From IMG/VR virus record IMGVR_UViG_3300032291_003166: a DNA stretch of 64,000 bases; one strand, given 5' to 3'. Numbering within the stretch: the stretch's first letter is position 1; the number at the start of each line of letters is the position of its first letter. Both the position numbers and the translations under genes were made by a program. The notes under the pieces are model-generated. The model was not told the origin of the DNA, did not search any database, and was given only the letters and a program-made list of their open reading frames with translations. Below are positions 48,596 through 58,547 of this stretch, piece by piece. Source of the DNA: a virus. Lineage: Duplodnaviria; Heunggongvirae; Uroviricota; Caudoviricetes.

Positions 48596-49030
48596 TTAAA
48601 TATCAAATAAACCTATGTAAGCACATGCTTCATCAAATGCTTCTTTATTAAATGTTTTTAATGTTTTAGGATCTGATTTGAATTTGGCTCCTTTAAGTTT
48701 TTCTTTTTCTTCATCAGTGGTTTCAGTTACTTTGATACCTGCCCAACCCCAATTTTCCTTAGTAGTACCATTTACAAATACAGTACCTTTATCAGCAACA
48801 TTAATTACAGTTGGATACCATACTTGATTATTGTCATCCACAAATCTAATATCTTTATATAATTCAGGCATTACTTCTTCAGTTTCAGTAACTAATTGTT
48901 CGCCATCAATCATTAATTCATTAGATGTAAATCCACATCCCATACAGCTCCATATGTTTATACCTTGTTGTTTATATTCATAACAAGCGTCAGATGAACA
49001 TCTTTTACATATTACTAATTTATCTTCCAT
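48596..49030 (-). CDS. zinc-ribbon protein
   Basis: CKRC...CMGC. Confidence 0.4.
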   Translation of the reverse strand: MEDKLVICKRCSSDACYEYKQQGINIWSCMGCGFTSNELMIDGEQLVTETEEVMPELYKDIRFVDDNNQVWYPTVINVADKGTVFVNGTTKENWGWAGIKVTETTDEEKEKLKGAKFKSDPKTLKTFNKEAFDEACAYIGLFDI

Positions 49031-50307
49031 TATTTTATTTTATTAAGTTTAGGTAGTTTTAATTCTACTTGTTTTACTATTTTTGATTCTAAAATATTAT
49101 CTAATACCTCAGCCATTTTATCAAATGAGAAATTATTTTTAGAATAATGAGCTTGACGTTTAGCTAAATCACTATATTTTCTATAATCACTATATATAGT
49201 TTTAAATGCTTTAGCTACTTCAGCATCATTAGGAGTAAACCATTGTGACTCAGCCAAAATCATATTTTGTGATTGTGCTGATTGGTGAACATTGGTTAAT
49301 AATCCATTTACTAAAATATTATAATCAGAATGTAAGAAATCTATATGGCCACTCCAATTACTTGCTATAATAGGTTTTTTAGATAAACTAAATTCTAATA
49401 ATGGTCTTCCAAAACCTTCACCTTTAGTTAAACTAACCATAGCTTTTACTTTAGGATGATTATATAAATCATTAATATCTTTATCTTCTAAATCACCATG
49501 TAGTAAATAGATGTTTGGTAAATTACCCTTTACAGTTTGTTTAATAGCATCTATTTTTTTAAGTATTTCTTCTCTATCCATAATAGAGTTTGTTACTTGA
49601 CTTGTTTTTAATATTAGACCAGGTTTATTAGTTTTATTTTTAAATGTTTCTAAAAATGCCTTAATCATATAACCTATATTTTTTCTATCCTCACCAATTT
49701 GTCCTTGTAACCAGTGGCCTACAAATAGAAAATTAAAATCTTCTTTAATTTCATCTAATGATTCTACCAAATCTCCTTCTAACAAACCATCAGGAACAAA
49801 ATTATATTTATTTAAATCAACTCCTTCAAATAATACTTCTATAGGTGATTTTAACTCAATAATTCCTTCAACTTGGTTAGTTTGATTATTACGTTTCTCA
49901 AATTTAGATTGTTCAAATACTGTTTTAGCATGGTTTGAAGATACTAAATTTAAATTCATTCTATTTAATCCTTCAATCCAACTCGGATCACATACTGTTG
50001 TTTCTATACCAGCTGTAATACCTATATTATATTTTCCAATTGGTTGAAATTCATTTGGAACTGTTACTTGTATCCAAACATCTGGCTGTTGTGGTAACTG
50101 AGGTTGTCGAAAAATTAAATCATATAATTGTTTATCCTCTGGATTATCTAAATCTAGAGCATTATATGATGTATTACCCCAACGTTGGGATAAAATTTTA
50201 ATATCGTATTTATCGTATTTTAAAAGTGCTTTAACTATATCTCTTGATCTAGCACCGTATCCTGACATTGTCTCAATAGGACAACTTATAAATAATAATG
50301 GTTTCAT
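49030..50307 (-). CDS. GT-B (GT4-like) glycosyltransferase
   Basis: TKGEGFGRPLLEF E-x7-E motif. Confidence 0.6.
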   Translation of the reverse strand: MKPLLFISCPIETMSGYGARSRDIVKALLKYDKYDIKILSQRWGNTSYNALDLDNPEDKQLYDLIFRQPQLPQQPDVWIQVTVPNEFQPIGKYNIGITAGIETTVCDPSWIEGLNRMNLNLVSSNHAKTVFEQSKFEKRNNQTNQVEGIIELKSPIEVLFEGVDLNKYNFVPDGLLEGDLVESLDEIKEDFNFLFVGHWLQGQIGEDRKNIGYMIKAFLETFKNKTNKPGLILKTSQVTNSIMDREEILKKIDAIKQTVKGNLPNIYLLHGDLEDKDINDLYNHPKVKAMVSLTKGEGFGRPLLEFSLSKKPIIASNWSGHIDFLHSDYNILVNGLLTNVHQSAQSQNMILAESQWFTPNDAEVAKAFKTIYSDYRKYSDLAKRQAHYSKNNFSFDKMAEVLDNILESKIVKQVELKLPKLNKIK

Positions 50308-50314
50308 AACTATA

Positions 50315-51760
50315 TTAATATACTAATTTATGAGTAATATGTTTTCTTTTTAATGGTTCTGTTTTAATTAATTCAAATTTTGGTTTTGGTTTAAATGTTT
50401 CTAATACAGTATTAATATGATTAATAACATTTTCACTCATATTTTCTGCTGACATCATTGATTCATTTCCGTTAACCCAATCATATGCTAATTTACCTCT
50501 ACGTTCTCTTTCTTCAGCACCTAATTCATAAACTTCCATAATGGCATCAGCTGCTTCTCTAAAATCAACTCTATCATCAAATATATAAGGTGTAGCAACT
50601 GAACCTTGTAAACTTACATTACTTGGAAATACAGGTATTGCCCATTCACCACATTCTTTATAAGTTCCAAAATGATTAGAACAGAAGTTTTCATCAAAAT
50701 CAATCCATTTTCCTTTTTCATCTACAAAACGCATTTGATCTTGCATACCACCAGTTACATTTGCAATAATCATCTTCCCACACATCATGCCTTCAGTTAA
50801 TGATAAACCCCATCCTTCATTTGAACTTAATAATATAACAGCATCTGATAAATTATATAATAGATTTATATGAGCTGATGGTAAACGTTGATCTGAAAAA
50901 TATATTTGTGAACATTGTTCTTCAGTAAATAACATATCTCGTACCGCATATAAATCAGTACCATGTTCATCAACAGGTTGAGTATGTAATATAATAGAGC
51001 ATTTATCTGCTTTTTCTTTAGGTAACTTATCTAAAAATAGTTTAAATGCAGCTAACATATCTGAAGTTGATTTACGTCTAATGTTTCTTGAATTATACAT
51101 TAATGTAAAATCATATTCTTTACCTCCAAAAAATAATTTTTTAGCATCTAATAAATTTTTATACTCACTATTTTTCTCATCAATAGGGAAGAATATTTTA
51201 TTATTAATACCATGTGGTACATAACTTAATGTTTTATCTTTAGCTTTATCACCTAATACTAATTTATTAATATTAAGAGTTTGTTTTGATATAGACATTA
51301 ATCCATCACATGATTCATAATATGATTCATTATATCTTGGAGCTGGATAATCATCCCAAATATTAAGATAAATCATAGGTATTTTCCTTCTGATTTCATT
51401 CTCAATCTGAAATAACCAAATCCAATATCTCGGGTCAGTAAAGAATAATAATGCATCTGGTTTTTCCAATTCAATTAATTGTCTAACTAACTGAGCGTCT
51501 CCATATCCATTAGTTGGATAAATAATTATACTTGAATCATCTATCCCAGCATGTGTATTAGTATCTGCACTAATATCTAAACGTTGTCCTTGTTCTGGAT
51601 GACTTATAGCTCCTCCTAAATTTACCCAATTAAATTGATGAGATGTACCTACTACAATCTCTCTAGCCATAGTAGCTATACCTGATGTAAAACGAATGTC
51701 ATCACAAAGTAAAAGTATTTTTTTACGTTTTGATTGTTCAATATAACCTTTTTTATTCAT
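50315..51760 (-). CDS. GT-B (GT4-like) glycosyltransferase
   Basis: SSNEGWGLSLTEGMMCG motif. Confidence 0.6.
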   Translation of the reverse strand: MNKKGYIEQSKRKKILLLCDDIRFTSGIATMAREIVVGTSHQFNWVNLGGAISHPEQGQRLDISADTNTHAGIDDSSIIIYPTNGYGDAQLVRQLIELEKPDALLFFTDPRYWIWLFQIENEIRRKIPMIYLNIWDDYPAPRYNESYYESCDGLMSISKQTLNINKLVLGDKAKDKTLSYVPHGINNKIFFPIDEKNSEYKNLLDAKKLFFGGKEYDFTLMYNSRNIRRKSTSDMLAAFKLFLDKLPKEKADKCSIILHTQPVDEHGTDLYAVRDMLFTEEQCSQIYFSDQRLPSAHINLLYNLSDAVILLSSNEGWGLSLTEGMMCGKMIIANVTGGMQDQMRFVDEKGKWIDFDENFCSNHFGTYKECGEWAIPVFPSNVSLQGSVATPYIFDDRVDFREAADAIMEVYELGAEERERRGKLAYDWVNGNESMMSAENMSENVINHINTVLETFKPKPKFELIKTEPLKRKHITHKLVY

Positions 51761-51778
51761 AACAGTTTTAATTTATTT

Positions 51779-51973
51779 TTAACTTTGACTTCCTGATAAT
51801 GCTAAGTTAGTATGATTATGAAGTTGTTTTTTATAATCTTCATCACTAAGATATAAATGAATACTTCGGTCTACTAATTTTTGTAATGAGAATTTTGTTC
51901 TAACACATAATATTTTGAACTCTTCAAATAATTCTTCATTAACTTTTACACTTGTTAATTTGTTCTTTTCCAT
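51779..51973 (-). CDS. small putative DNA-binding protein (RHH-like)
   Basis: 64 aa, first gene of the glycosylation operon. Confidence 0.3.
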   Translation of the reverse strand: MEKNKLTSVKVNEELFEEFKILCVRTKFSLQKLVDRSIHLYLSDEDYKKQLHNHTNLALSGSQS

Positions 51974-52011
51974 AATAATTTTAATTTGTTATATATAAAT
52001 ATATACAAATA

Positions 52012-52965
52012 TTAAGAAACGATGTTTTTATCACAAAGTTCTTTATTATTACTGAATGGACAATATAAGCATGAATTTTTACTTACTATTTTAGGATAAT
52101 CTTTATCTATATGTTTACCTTCATTATCAAAACAATCATTTAAGAAATTATTAAATAATTCCATTGCTTGTTTTCTTTTTGTTTTACCAGCTGCTGGTTT
52201 AAACATTTGAGCACGAGGTATGATAAAATTATCATTATCCCATAATTTTCTTTTAACTATAAAAAATTGTACTTCAATTTTATCTACTTCAATATTATAT
52301 TGTTTAGCAAAAAATTCTTTATAAAGTAAAATTTGAGCTATTTTAACATCATCTTTTTTCTCTTTATTCTTCCAACCCTGTCTTGATGTTTTAATATCGT
52401 ATATATAAACTTTATCTAAATCTTTATCATATAAAACAAAATCAATATAGCCTTTAATAAATAAATTTTTACTTAAACCTACCATTAATGGCATCTCAAT
52501 ACCTAATAATACAACATTGCGGGTTGAAAAATATTGTCTACGATGTTTTTTAAAAAAATCTAAAATTTCAATACCATCTTCATAAAACTCAGCCATCTCA
52601 TCTGGTGATGAAAAGTGAGTTTTAGTTCTATTAAATTCTTCTTTATATAATGTTTTAAATGTTTCTTTGAATACAGCTATTATATCTTCTCTATCAGCTT
52701 CAGCTCCACTTACTTCATATAATATTTTTAAATAATGCTGCATTGCCTCATGAATTGCTGTTCCAAATATAGTATGGATTGATTGTTCATATGTAGATAA
52801 ACCTTTAACATAGTTTAAATACCATTGATGAGGACATTTACGATAAATTGAGTATTGAGAATATGATACAGCTTTTTGATAACTATAATTTAATTCGGTA
52901 GGTTTATGATTTTGAACTTTAAGTTCAACTTCAGTTAATCTTTGTTTAGCCATTATTTTTTCCAT
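52012..52965 (-). CDS. PD-(D/E)xK nuclease with Cas4/RecB-like Cys cluster
   Basis: N-terminal Cys (RKCPHQW), D...DIKTSRQGW core, and C-terminal CLYCPFSNNKELC. Confidence 0.5.
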   Translation of the reverse strand: MEKIMAKQRLTEVELKVQNHKPTELNYSYQKAVSYSQYSIYRKCPHQWYLNYVKGLSTYEQSIHTIFGTAIHEAMQHYLKILYEVSGAEADREDIIAVFKETFKTLYKEEFNRTKTHFSSPDEMAEFYEDGIEILDFFKKHRRQYFSTRNVVLLGIEMPLMVGLSKNLFIKGYIDFVLYDKDLDKVYIYDIKTSRQGWKNKEKKDDVKIAQILLYKEFFAKQYNIEVDKIEVQFFIVKRKLWDNDNFIIPRAQMFKPAAGKTKRKQAMELFNNFLNDCFDNEGKHIDKDYPKIVSKNSCLYCPFSNNKELCDKNIVS

Positions 52966-53309
52966 TTACCTGCTTTTACAAGCAAAGCGATAATTGAGTA
53001 GTTAGATAAGTCTATATAAGCATCTTCTATAGGCTCATTATCTAATGAATTGGTTTTATTTAACAATACTAATTGTTTTAAACGTTGCATTTTATCCATT
53101 GAACGGATCCAAATTGCTGTTAAGGATAGATTGACATCCTCTTTAGTTTCTAAATTAGAACCCATAGCAATGTTTCCTAAACCATAAGATAACATTTTAC
53201 GAGCAAATAATTCGTATTGTTCTTTTTGTATTGCTTTAAATCCTTCAGCTAATTCAGGATATTCGATTTCAAAATCTTCTACAAACGGGTTAATTTTTTT
53301 ATTTTCCAT
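52953..53309 (-). CDS. hypothetical protein
   Basis: 118 aa ORF. Confidence 0.45.
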   Translation of the reverse strand: MENKKINPFVEDFEIEYPELAEGFKAIQKEQYELFARKMLSYGLGNIAMGSNLETKEDVNLSLTAIWIRSMDKMQRLKQLVLLNKTNSLDNEPIEDAYIDLSNYSIIALLVKAGKWKK

Positions 53310-53350
53310 TTCTTATTATATATTAAATATAAGTAACTTAATAGGGGACG
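53310..53350 (-). promoter_or_regulatory. promoter-like element, degenerate (box GGGAC)
   Basis: TTCTTATTATATATTAAATATAAG-N11-GGGAC upstream of 52953-53309. Confidence 0.35.
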
Positions 53351-53362
53351 CCAAGTTAGTTA

Positions 53363-53683
53363 TTAATTATTGTAATCTATTGAATTATCTAATTTATTTT
53401 TCTTAGTAATATAATCACGTTCGATGGTGTTATATAATTTATCAAACCTAGAGTCGGTTGATGATGAAAGTGTTCTATGAGATTCTTGAATATTTTTATC
53501 AAGCTTTTCATAAGTTGTATGTATATTATTATAAATAATTTCTATATTTTTACTCATAATATCTTCAAGTTCTTTTAAACTTGCTTCTGTTTTTCTTGCC
53601 TTAACAAAACCCATAATGGCTATCACTACAATTGCAATAACAATCACCACAAGCATTCCTAAAACAAACGACATTGTTTCCAT
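53363..53683 (-). CDS. single-TM membrane protein
   Basis: N-terminal hydrophobic segment (LGMLVVIVIAIVVIAIMGFV). Confidence 0.45.
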   Translation of the reverse strand: METMSFVLGMLVVIVIAIVVIAIMGFVKARKTEASLKELEDIMSKNIEIIYNNIHTTYEKLDKNIQESHRTLSSSTDSRFDKLYNTIERDYITKKNKLDNSIDYNN

Positions 53684-53685
53684 AT

Positions 53686-54087
53686 TTATTTTCTCCTTTT
53701 TTTAAGTTTACTTGACGTCCCCACGTTAAGTATATTTTCAACTTCTTCATCAGTTAATATAGTAACATATTCTTTTGCTTCTCTAGTACTACACTGATAG
53801 TATTCAGATATTTTATTTATGGTTTCTGTTTCAAATTTACTCTTAGATTTAATATATCTAAAAAATGCTTTCTTTTTAGGTAATAAATCACAGTAGAATT
53901 TATAAACTACTTTATTAGAGCAATTTGGATATCGTTGAATTAAATTAACAACATCAATGTAATTAGGATCCATACTGATGAATCGGTTAATCATATATAG
54001 ATTAAACTCGTTTTTTTCATCATCAGTAAATTTATCCCATGGTCGCTTACTGTATGTTATTTCATTTAACCAATCGAATAAATTCAT
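53686..54087 (-). CDS. hypothetical protein
   Basis: 133 aa ORF. Confidence 0.45.
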   Translation of the reverse strand: MNLFDWLNEITYSKRPWDKFTDDEKNEFNLYMINRFISMDPNYIDVVNLIQRYPNCSNKVVYKFYCDLLPKKKAFFRYIKSKSKFETETINKISEYYQCSTREAKEYVTILTDEEVENILNVGTSSKLKKRRK

Positions 54088-54368
54088 TATTCAGCTGTTT
54101 TCTTTAATGGTTCAGGTAGAAATTCTTCATTAACGTGTCCACACTTAGAACATGAAAATACTGGTAGTGGAATTAAGGCATCTTTTTCTGTACCTGCTAA
54201 AAATCGACTTGCTTTTCTAAGCATTAATCCTTCTTGAAATACATTATGTCCACATTCTTCACAAACGATTTCTGCTGTTTTATCTAAACTAATGTTTAAT
54301 TGTAATTGTTCTTGACTCATTTTGTTTTGGTTTATATTTAAATTAATTAATTTATTCTGGGTATACAA
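54087..54368 (-). CDS. zinc-ribbon protein
   Basis: CEECGH...CSKCGH. Confidence 0.45.
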   Translation of the reverse strand: MYTQNKLINLNINQNKMSQEQLQLNISLDKTAEIVCEECGHNVFQEGLMLRKASRFLAGTEKDALIPLPVFSCSKCGHVNEEFLPEPLKKTAE

Positions 54369-54600
54369 TTATACCTGTGTCTTTTTCTCCACGTGATGTT
54401 AATTGAGGTTCTGGTGGTATTGTTTGAAATTTATTTCCTTGTATTTTAAATGATCCACCTTGTTTAATCATTTTTCTAAAGAAATTCTCTTGAGCTTCAG
54501 TCCATGATTCACTTAAATCTAATATAACTTGTTTCTCTACTAATGTTCCATTTAAGTAGATATCTACTCCTTTTCTAATTGCTTGTCCCTTTAATGCCAT
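54352..54600 (-). CDS. small hypothetical protein
   Basis: 82 aa ORF. Confidence 0.4.
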   Translation of the reverse strand: MALKGQAIRKGVDIYLNGTLVEKQVILDLSESWTEAQENFFRKMIKQGGSFKIQGNKFQTIPPEPQLTSRGEKDTGIIVYPE

Positions 54601-54601
54601 G

Positions 54602-55489
54602 TTATAAATTTAATAGTTTAGCTACACATCCGCAGAAACAAATTTCTTTATCTGGTATAGTAGTTGAGTGAAATAAATATTCTTCTATAATAATAGTAGC
54701 TTCTGGTGATGAGTATGCGTCATGTAGTTCCTTATAAACCCCGGTAAAATCGTTTAAACCAGCGTCTGCTACTATTTGTCTAATGGTGTTGAATGATGTA
54801 GATTTATTTGATTTAAGTTCTGATATAATTAGATTAGTGTAATTATTATCTACTATATTAGTCTTAAGTACTAATTTTCCTTTGTTAATACTACTTTGTA
54901 ATACATTTAAAGCACGTCTAATATCAGGATATGTTTTTTTAACTACACTAACTAAATCAGCAGTATCAAATTCAATTTGTTCTTGTTCTAAAATATTTTT
55001 TAAATGTTTAGCTATTGATTTAATATCAGGTGTAGTTAAACTAAATAATGTTAAACGTGATTGTAATGGATCAATAATACGTTCAGCATAATTACAAGTA
55101 AAAATAAATCTAGTAGTTAAACTAAATGATTCAATAACATTTCTAAGTGCTGCTTGAGCATTTATAGTTAAGAAATCAGCTTCATCTAATATTACTACTT
55201 TTAATGGTTGAAATGTAGCACCTGAAGCAAATTGTTTTACTTTGTCTCTAATTGTATCAATACCATTTTCATCACTACAATTTAAGTATAAGTGATCACA
55301 TTTGATATTTTTAATTATTAATTTAGCAGCTGTTGTTTTACCAGTACCTGGTGTACCATGTAGTAATAAATTTGGGAAATCATTTTTACTAATCCATTCT
55401 TGTAGATTAGATATAAATTCTTCATTACCTAAATAACCTTCTAAAATGTCTGGGCGATATTTTTCAACCCATAGTGTGTGTTTGCTCAT
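54602..55489 (-). CDS. clamp-loader ATPase (RFC small subunit / gp44-like)
   Basis: Walker A HGTPGTGKTT, Walker B VVILDEAD, sensor-1 TRFIFTCN. Confidence 0.8.
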   Translation of the reverse strand: MSKHTLWVEKYRPDILEGYLGNEEFISNLQEWISKNDFPNLLLHGTPGTGKTTAAKLIIKNIKCDHLYLNCSDENGIDTIRDKVKQFASGATFQPLKVVILDEADFLTINAQAALRNVIESFSLTTRFIFTCNYAERIIDPLQSRLTLFSLTTPDIKSIAKHLKNILEQEQIEFDTADLVSVVKKTYPDIRRALNVLQSSINKGKLVLKTNIVDNNYTNLIISELKSNKSTSFNTIRQIVADAGLNDFTGVYKELHDAYSSPEATIIIEEYLFHSTTIPDKEICFCGCVAKLLNL

Positions 55490-55686
55490 ATGTATTCAAA
55501 TATAACATCAATATTGCGCGGAGCCAATTCTTTGATTTTATGATATTTTCGAATACCGTCTAATGGTTTAGCATCATTTTCATTTAAACTCCATTGAAGT
55601 TTACCACCATCCGCTAATCCAGTAAAATAACCATAGTCACTATAGACAACAAACCAATCGCGTCCGTCACTTTTTAATTTTCTCAT
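55486..55686 (-). CDS. small hypothetical protein
   Basis: 66 aa ORF. Confidence 0.4.
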   Translation of the reverse strand: MRKLKSDGRDWFVVYSDYGYFTGLADGGKLQWSLNENDAKPLDGIRKYHKIKELAPRNIDVIFEYI

Positions 55687-55720
55687 AACCTTTATTTAAC
55701 TAACTATAATTTAGTTAGAT

Positions 55721-55999
55721 TTAGAAATCATTCTCAACGTCTTGTAAGAATTTATCATAATTATCATTACCGTAAGCAAACTTTACCGATGGGTGATTAA
55801 ATGCTTTTTTTAAATCATAATATGAATTAACTTTATTTAATATTCTAGACGCATCAACATATTGGTCATCACCATCAGTTTCTTTACCATCCATATAATA
55901 TCTTTTAGCCATATTTTTAAGATTTTTCTTAGCAACATCTGACAATTCTGCTGATTTTTCTTCTAGTATAAGTTTTACTATTTCTTTTAATTTAGTCAT
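55721..55999 (-). CDS. small hypothetical protein
   Basis: 92 aa ORF. Confidence 0.4.
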   Translation of the reverse strand: MTKLKEIVKLILEEKSAELSDVAKKNLKNMAKRYYMDGKETDGDDQYVDASRILNKVNSYYDLKKAFNHPSVKFAYGNDNYDKFLQDVENDF

Positions 56000-56004
56000 G
56001 TTTT

Positions 56005-56325
56005 TTATTTTATAAGATTTAATCTACAATCAAACCCATGATCATTTAGCAGGTCATTAGCTTGTCTAATATATAAACTTTCATTAGGAACGTTAGTTTG
56101 AACACTAATTGAGAACTTTCCTCCACCTATTGAATGCCCGTCATTATCTAATGCTTTAAGTGTGTTTTTTCCAATTGAGTGTGATTGCAATCCTTTATTA
56201 GTTTTAATACCAGTATTGATAAAGTTGATAGCATCTAATAACTCATCGATATCTGGTCCTATTAACTCAATATTAGATTGTTGTTCGTTTAAAATTTCTT
56301 TTACAATATCTTTTAATTTTATCAT
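56005..56325 (-). CDS. small hypothetical protein
   Basis: 106 aa ORF. Confidence 0.4.
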   Translation of the reverse strand: MIKLKDIVKEILNEQQSNIELIGPDIDELLDAINFINTGIKTNKGLQSHSIGKNTLKALDNDGHSIGGGKFSISVQTNVPNESLYIRQANDLLNDHGFDCRLNLIK

Positions 56326-56356
56326 GTTATTTTTGTTTATTATAAATATAATAACT

Positions 56357-56992
56357 TTATTTAGGATCTACAAATTTTAATTTAGAAATATTTTCTACAT
56401 CAACAACTTTTACCTCATAATATTTTACATTTTTATCTGTAGGTATTACATTTGGAAATATCCAAGCGAAATATTGACCTGATTTTTTGATGTAGATTAC
56501 TTTCCAACATTTAGCAGGGATTGATAATTTGCCTACTTTTTTAATTTCACCAACTGATCCCATCCATACTTTAACACTATCAGCTACAGCTGCTGTCTCA
56601 CGTACTTCAGTTTCAAGTGATTTCCATACGCCTCTATTTAATTGAGGTACTTGAGGTGTCATATTACTGAAGTAGAATGATTCGTTCATTCCAACTTGAT
56701 CACATCTATTATCCTCAGCATTCATATTATGTCCTCTATCATATCCACTACCATCATAACTACTTTGTAGGTCAGTTTCTTTCGTTGCTAGAGGATCAGG
56801 TTTAAATGCTGTTCCACGAGGTATTCTTGTGTCGCAAATTAACATTGCTTTAGTCAACCAGTACTCTACTAATACAGGATAATTTTTCTGAGTGTCATAT
56901 GTTGCAGTATATGTTTTGTGTTTTAATACAACTGTTTGAGCGTTAACTGTAAAGCTAACAAATAATAATAGTCCTAATAATATATTTTTCAT
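56357..56992 (-). CDS. secreted non-specific DNA/RNA endonuclease (NUC / beta-beta-alpha-Me family)
   Basis: Signal peptide MKNILLGLLLFVSFTVNAQT, and a GYDRGHNMN (DRGH) active-site motif. Confidence 0.7.
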   Translation of the reverse strand: MKNILLGLLLFVSFTVNAQTVVLKHKTYTATYDTQKNYPVLVEYWLTKAMLICDTRIPRGTAFKPDPLATKETDLQSSYDGSGYDRGHNMNAEDNRCDQVGMNESFYFSNMTPQVPQLNRGVWKSLETEVRETAAVADSVKVWMGSVGEIKKVGKLSIPAKCWKVIYIKKSGQYFAWIFPNVIPTDKNVKYYEVKVVDVENISKLKFVDPK

Positions 56993-57309
56993 GTCAATAA
57001 ATATTGATGTATCATATAACTTAACTTATACCCTGTAAATGCTCCTAATGCTGATGGAATAGGGAATACTATTAGTTTTCCTAAATCAGTAACATATTTA
57101 GGACGATTTACTATTCTACCCATATAAGCATAATATGTTAAATACCCCACTAATACTGCTATATCTACTCTAGTAGCAATAAATACAACCAGCATTGCTC
57201 CTAAAAATCCGAATGTAAAGTTATCCCTAACACCTTCCCAAATTTCTTTAGTAGTTGCATCTTTATATTCTTTTACTATTTTTTGTATTTGAGCTTTTTG
57301 TTTTCTCAT
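56989..57309 (-). CDS. membrane protein
   Basis: 106 aa with two hydrophobic helices. Confidence 0.45.
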   Translation of the reverse strand: MRKQKAQIQKIVKEYKDATTKEIWEGVRDNFTFGFLGAMLVVFIATRVDIAVLVGYLTYYAYMGRIVNRPKYVTDLGKLIVFPIPSALGAFTGYKLSYMIHQYLLT

Positions 57310-57311
57310 AA

Positions 57312-58313
57312 CTAATTACTTAGTGGTGCTTTAATTGCTGGATGTGATTGATAATCTATTAATTTAAATGTTACATCAGTATCTAATGAATTTATAATCT
57401 CATCTATTTCTAATAAATGCCAATTTTCATTACCTGAATTAATATTTAATGTTGGTAATTCAAATGGTTCTCTACCAATTTGTTCTTTAGCCTGCTCAAC
57501 ATGATTTGAATACAAATGTACATCGCCTAAATTTCCAATCAATTCATCAGGGACCATATTTACTGCTTTAGCAATGATTTCTAATAATAAACCGTATGAA
57601 GCAATGTTGAATGGTAAACCTAAGAATGTATCTACTGAACGTTGATTCCACATTAATGAGATTGCTCTATATTTTCCGGGGTTGGTTATTTTCTCTTCTC
57701 GTGTTGTTTTTCTGGTGTATAATTGAAATCCATAATGGCAAGGTGGAAGTACCATTTGATCTAATTCTCCAACGTTCCAAGCATTAACCATTAATCGTCT
57801 TGAGTCTGGATTTGTTTTTAATTTGTTGATTAGGTTAGAAATTTGGTCTATTGTTCCTGTATCTCCATAACCTTCATGATATTCCCACTTTCTCCATTGC
57901 TTACCGTACACAGGACCTAGTTCACCCAATTCTTTAGCAACCGTTGGATTGGTTTTTATTTCGTTAATCAATTCTTCTTTTGTAAATTTATTAACTGGTT
58001 GTGATAAAAACTTACCCTCGGTTTCCCATCTTCTTTCATAATTCTTATAAGCATCACCGTCCCAAATGTGACAATCGTAATCCAATAGAAACTTGATATT
58101 AGTATCACCTCTTAAGAACCATAACAATTCAGTTACAATTGATTTCCAAGCCATTTTCTTGGTTGTTAGTAATGGAAAACCATCTGACATTTTATGTCTG
58201 ATTTGTTTTCCAAATACTGAAATAGTGCCTGTTCCTGTTCTATCTTGTTTTATTACTCCGTTATCAATGATGTCCTGAAGTAATTGTTGGTATTGTTTAT
58301 CTAAATTATTCAT
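57312..58313 (-). CDS. thyA: thymidylate synthase ThyA-like (long-insert type)
   Basis: DRTGTGT, GELGPVYGKQWRKW, LPPCH catalytic Cys, QRSVDTFLGLPFNIASY with the dUMP-specificity Asn retained. Confidence 0.75.
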   Translation of the reverse strand: MNNLDKQYQQLLQDIIDNGVIKQDRTGTGTISVFGKQIRHKMSDGFPLLTTKKMAWKSIVTELLWFLRGDTNIKFLLDYDCHIWDGDAYKNYERRWETEGKFLSQPVNKFTKEELINEIKTNPTVAKELGELGPVYGKQWRKWEYHEGYGDTGTIDQISNLINKLKTNPDSRRLMVNAWNVGELDQMVLPPCHYGFQLYTRKTTREEKITNPGKYRAISLMWNQRSVDTFLGLPFNIASYGLLLEIIAKAVNMVPDELIGNLGDVHLYSNHVEQAKEQIGREPFELPTLNINSGNENWHLLEIDEIINSLDTDVTFKLIDYQSHPAIKAPLSN

Positions 58314-58537
58314 TATTCTAAATCTATGTTATGTTCGTTTAGTATTCTATAGAAGTTCTCTCTACAGTCCTGATATGCTTTGTATGTATCATCACTCATT
58401 GAATCAGGTGCATGTTTAGTTTTACCTCTCAAATAGGCTTCTATACTATGCATTGCTACATATAGTTTTTGTCCTTGAGTTGCCATTTTAAATTCTTCTT
58501 GCTCTTCAGGTAAATCAAATTTTAATATTGCTTTCAT
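58313..58537 (-). CDS. small hypothetical protein
   Basis: 74 aa ORF. Confidence 0.4.
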   Translation of the reverse strand: MKAILKFDLPEEQEEFKMATQGQKLYVAMHSIEAYLRGKTKHAPDSMSDDTYKAYQDCRENFYRILNEHNIDLE

Positions 58538-58547
58538 TATTTATATT

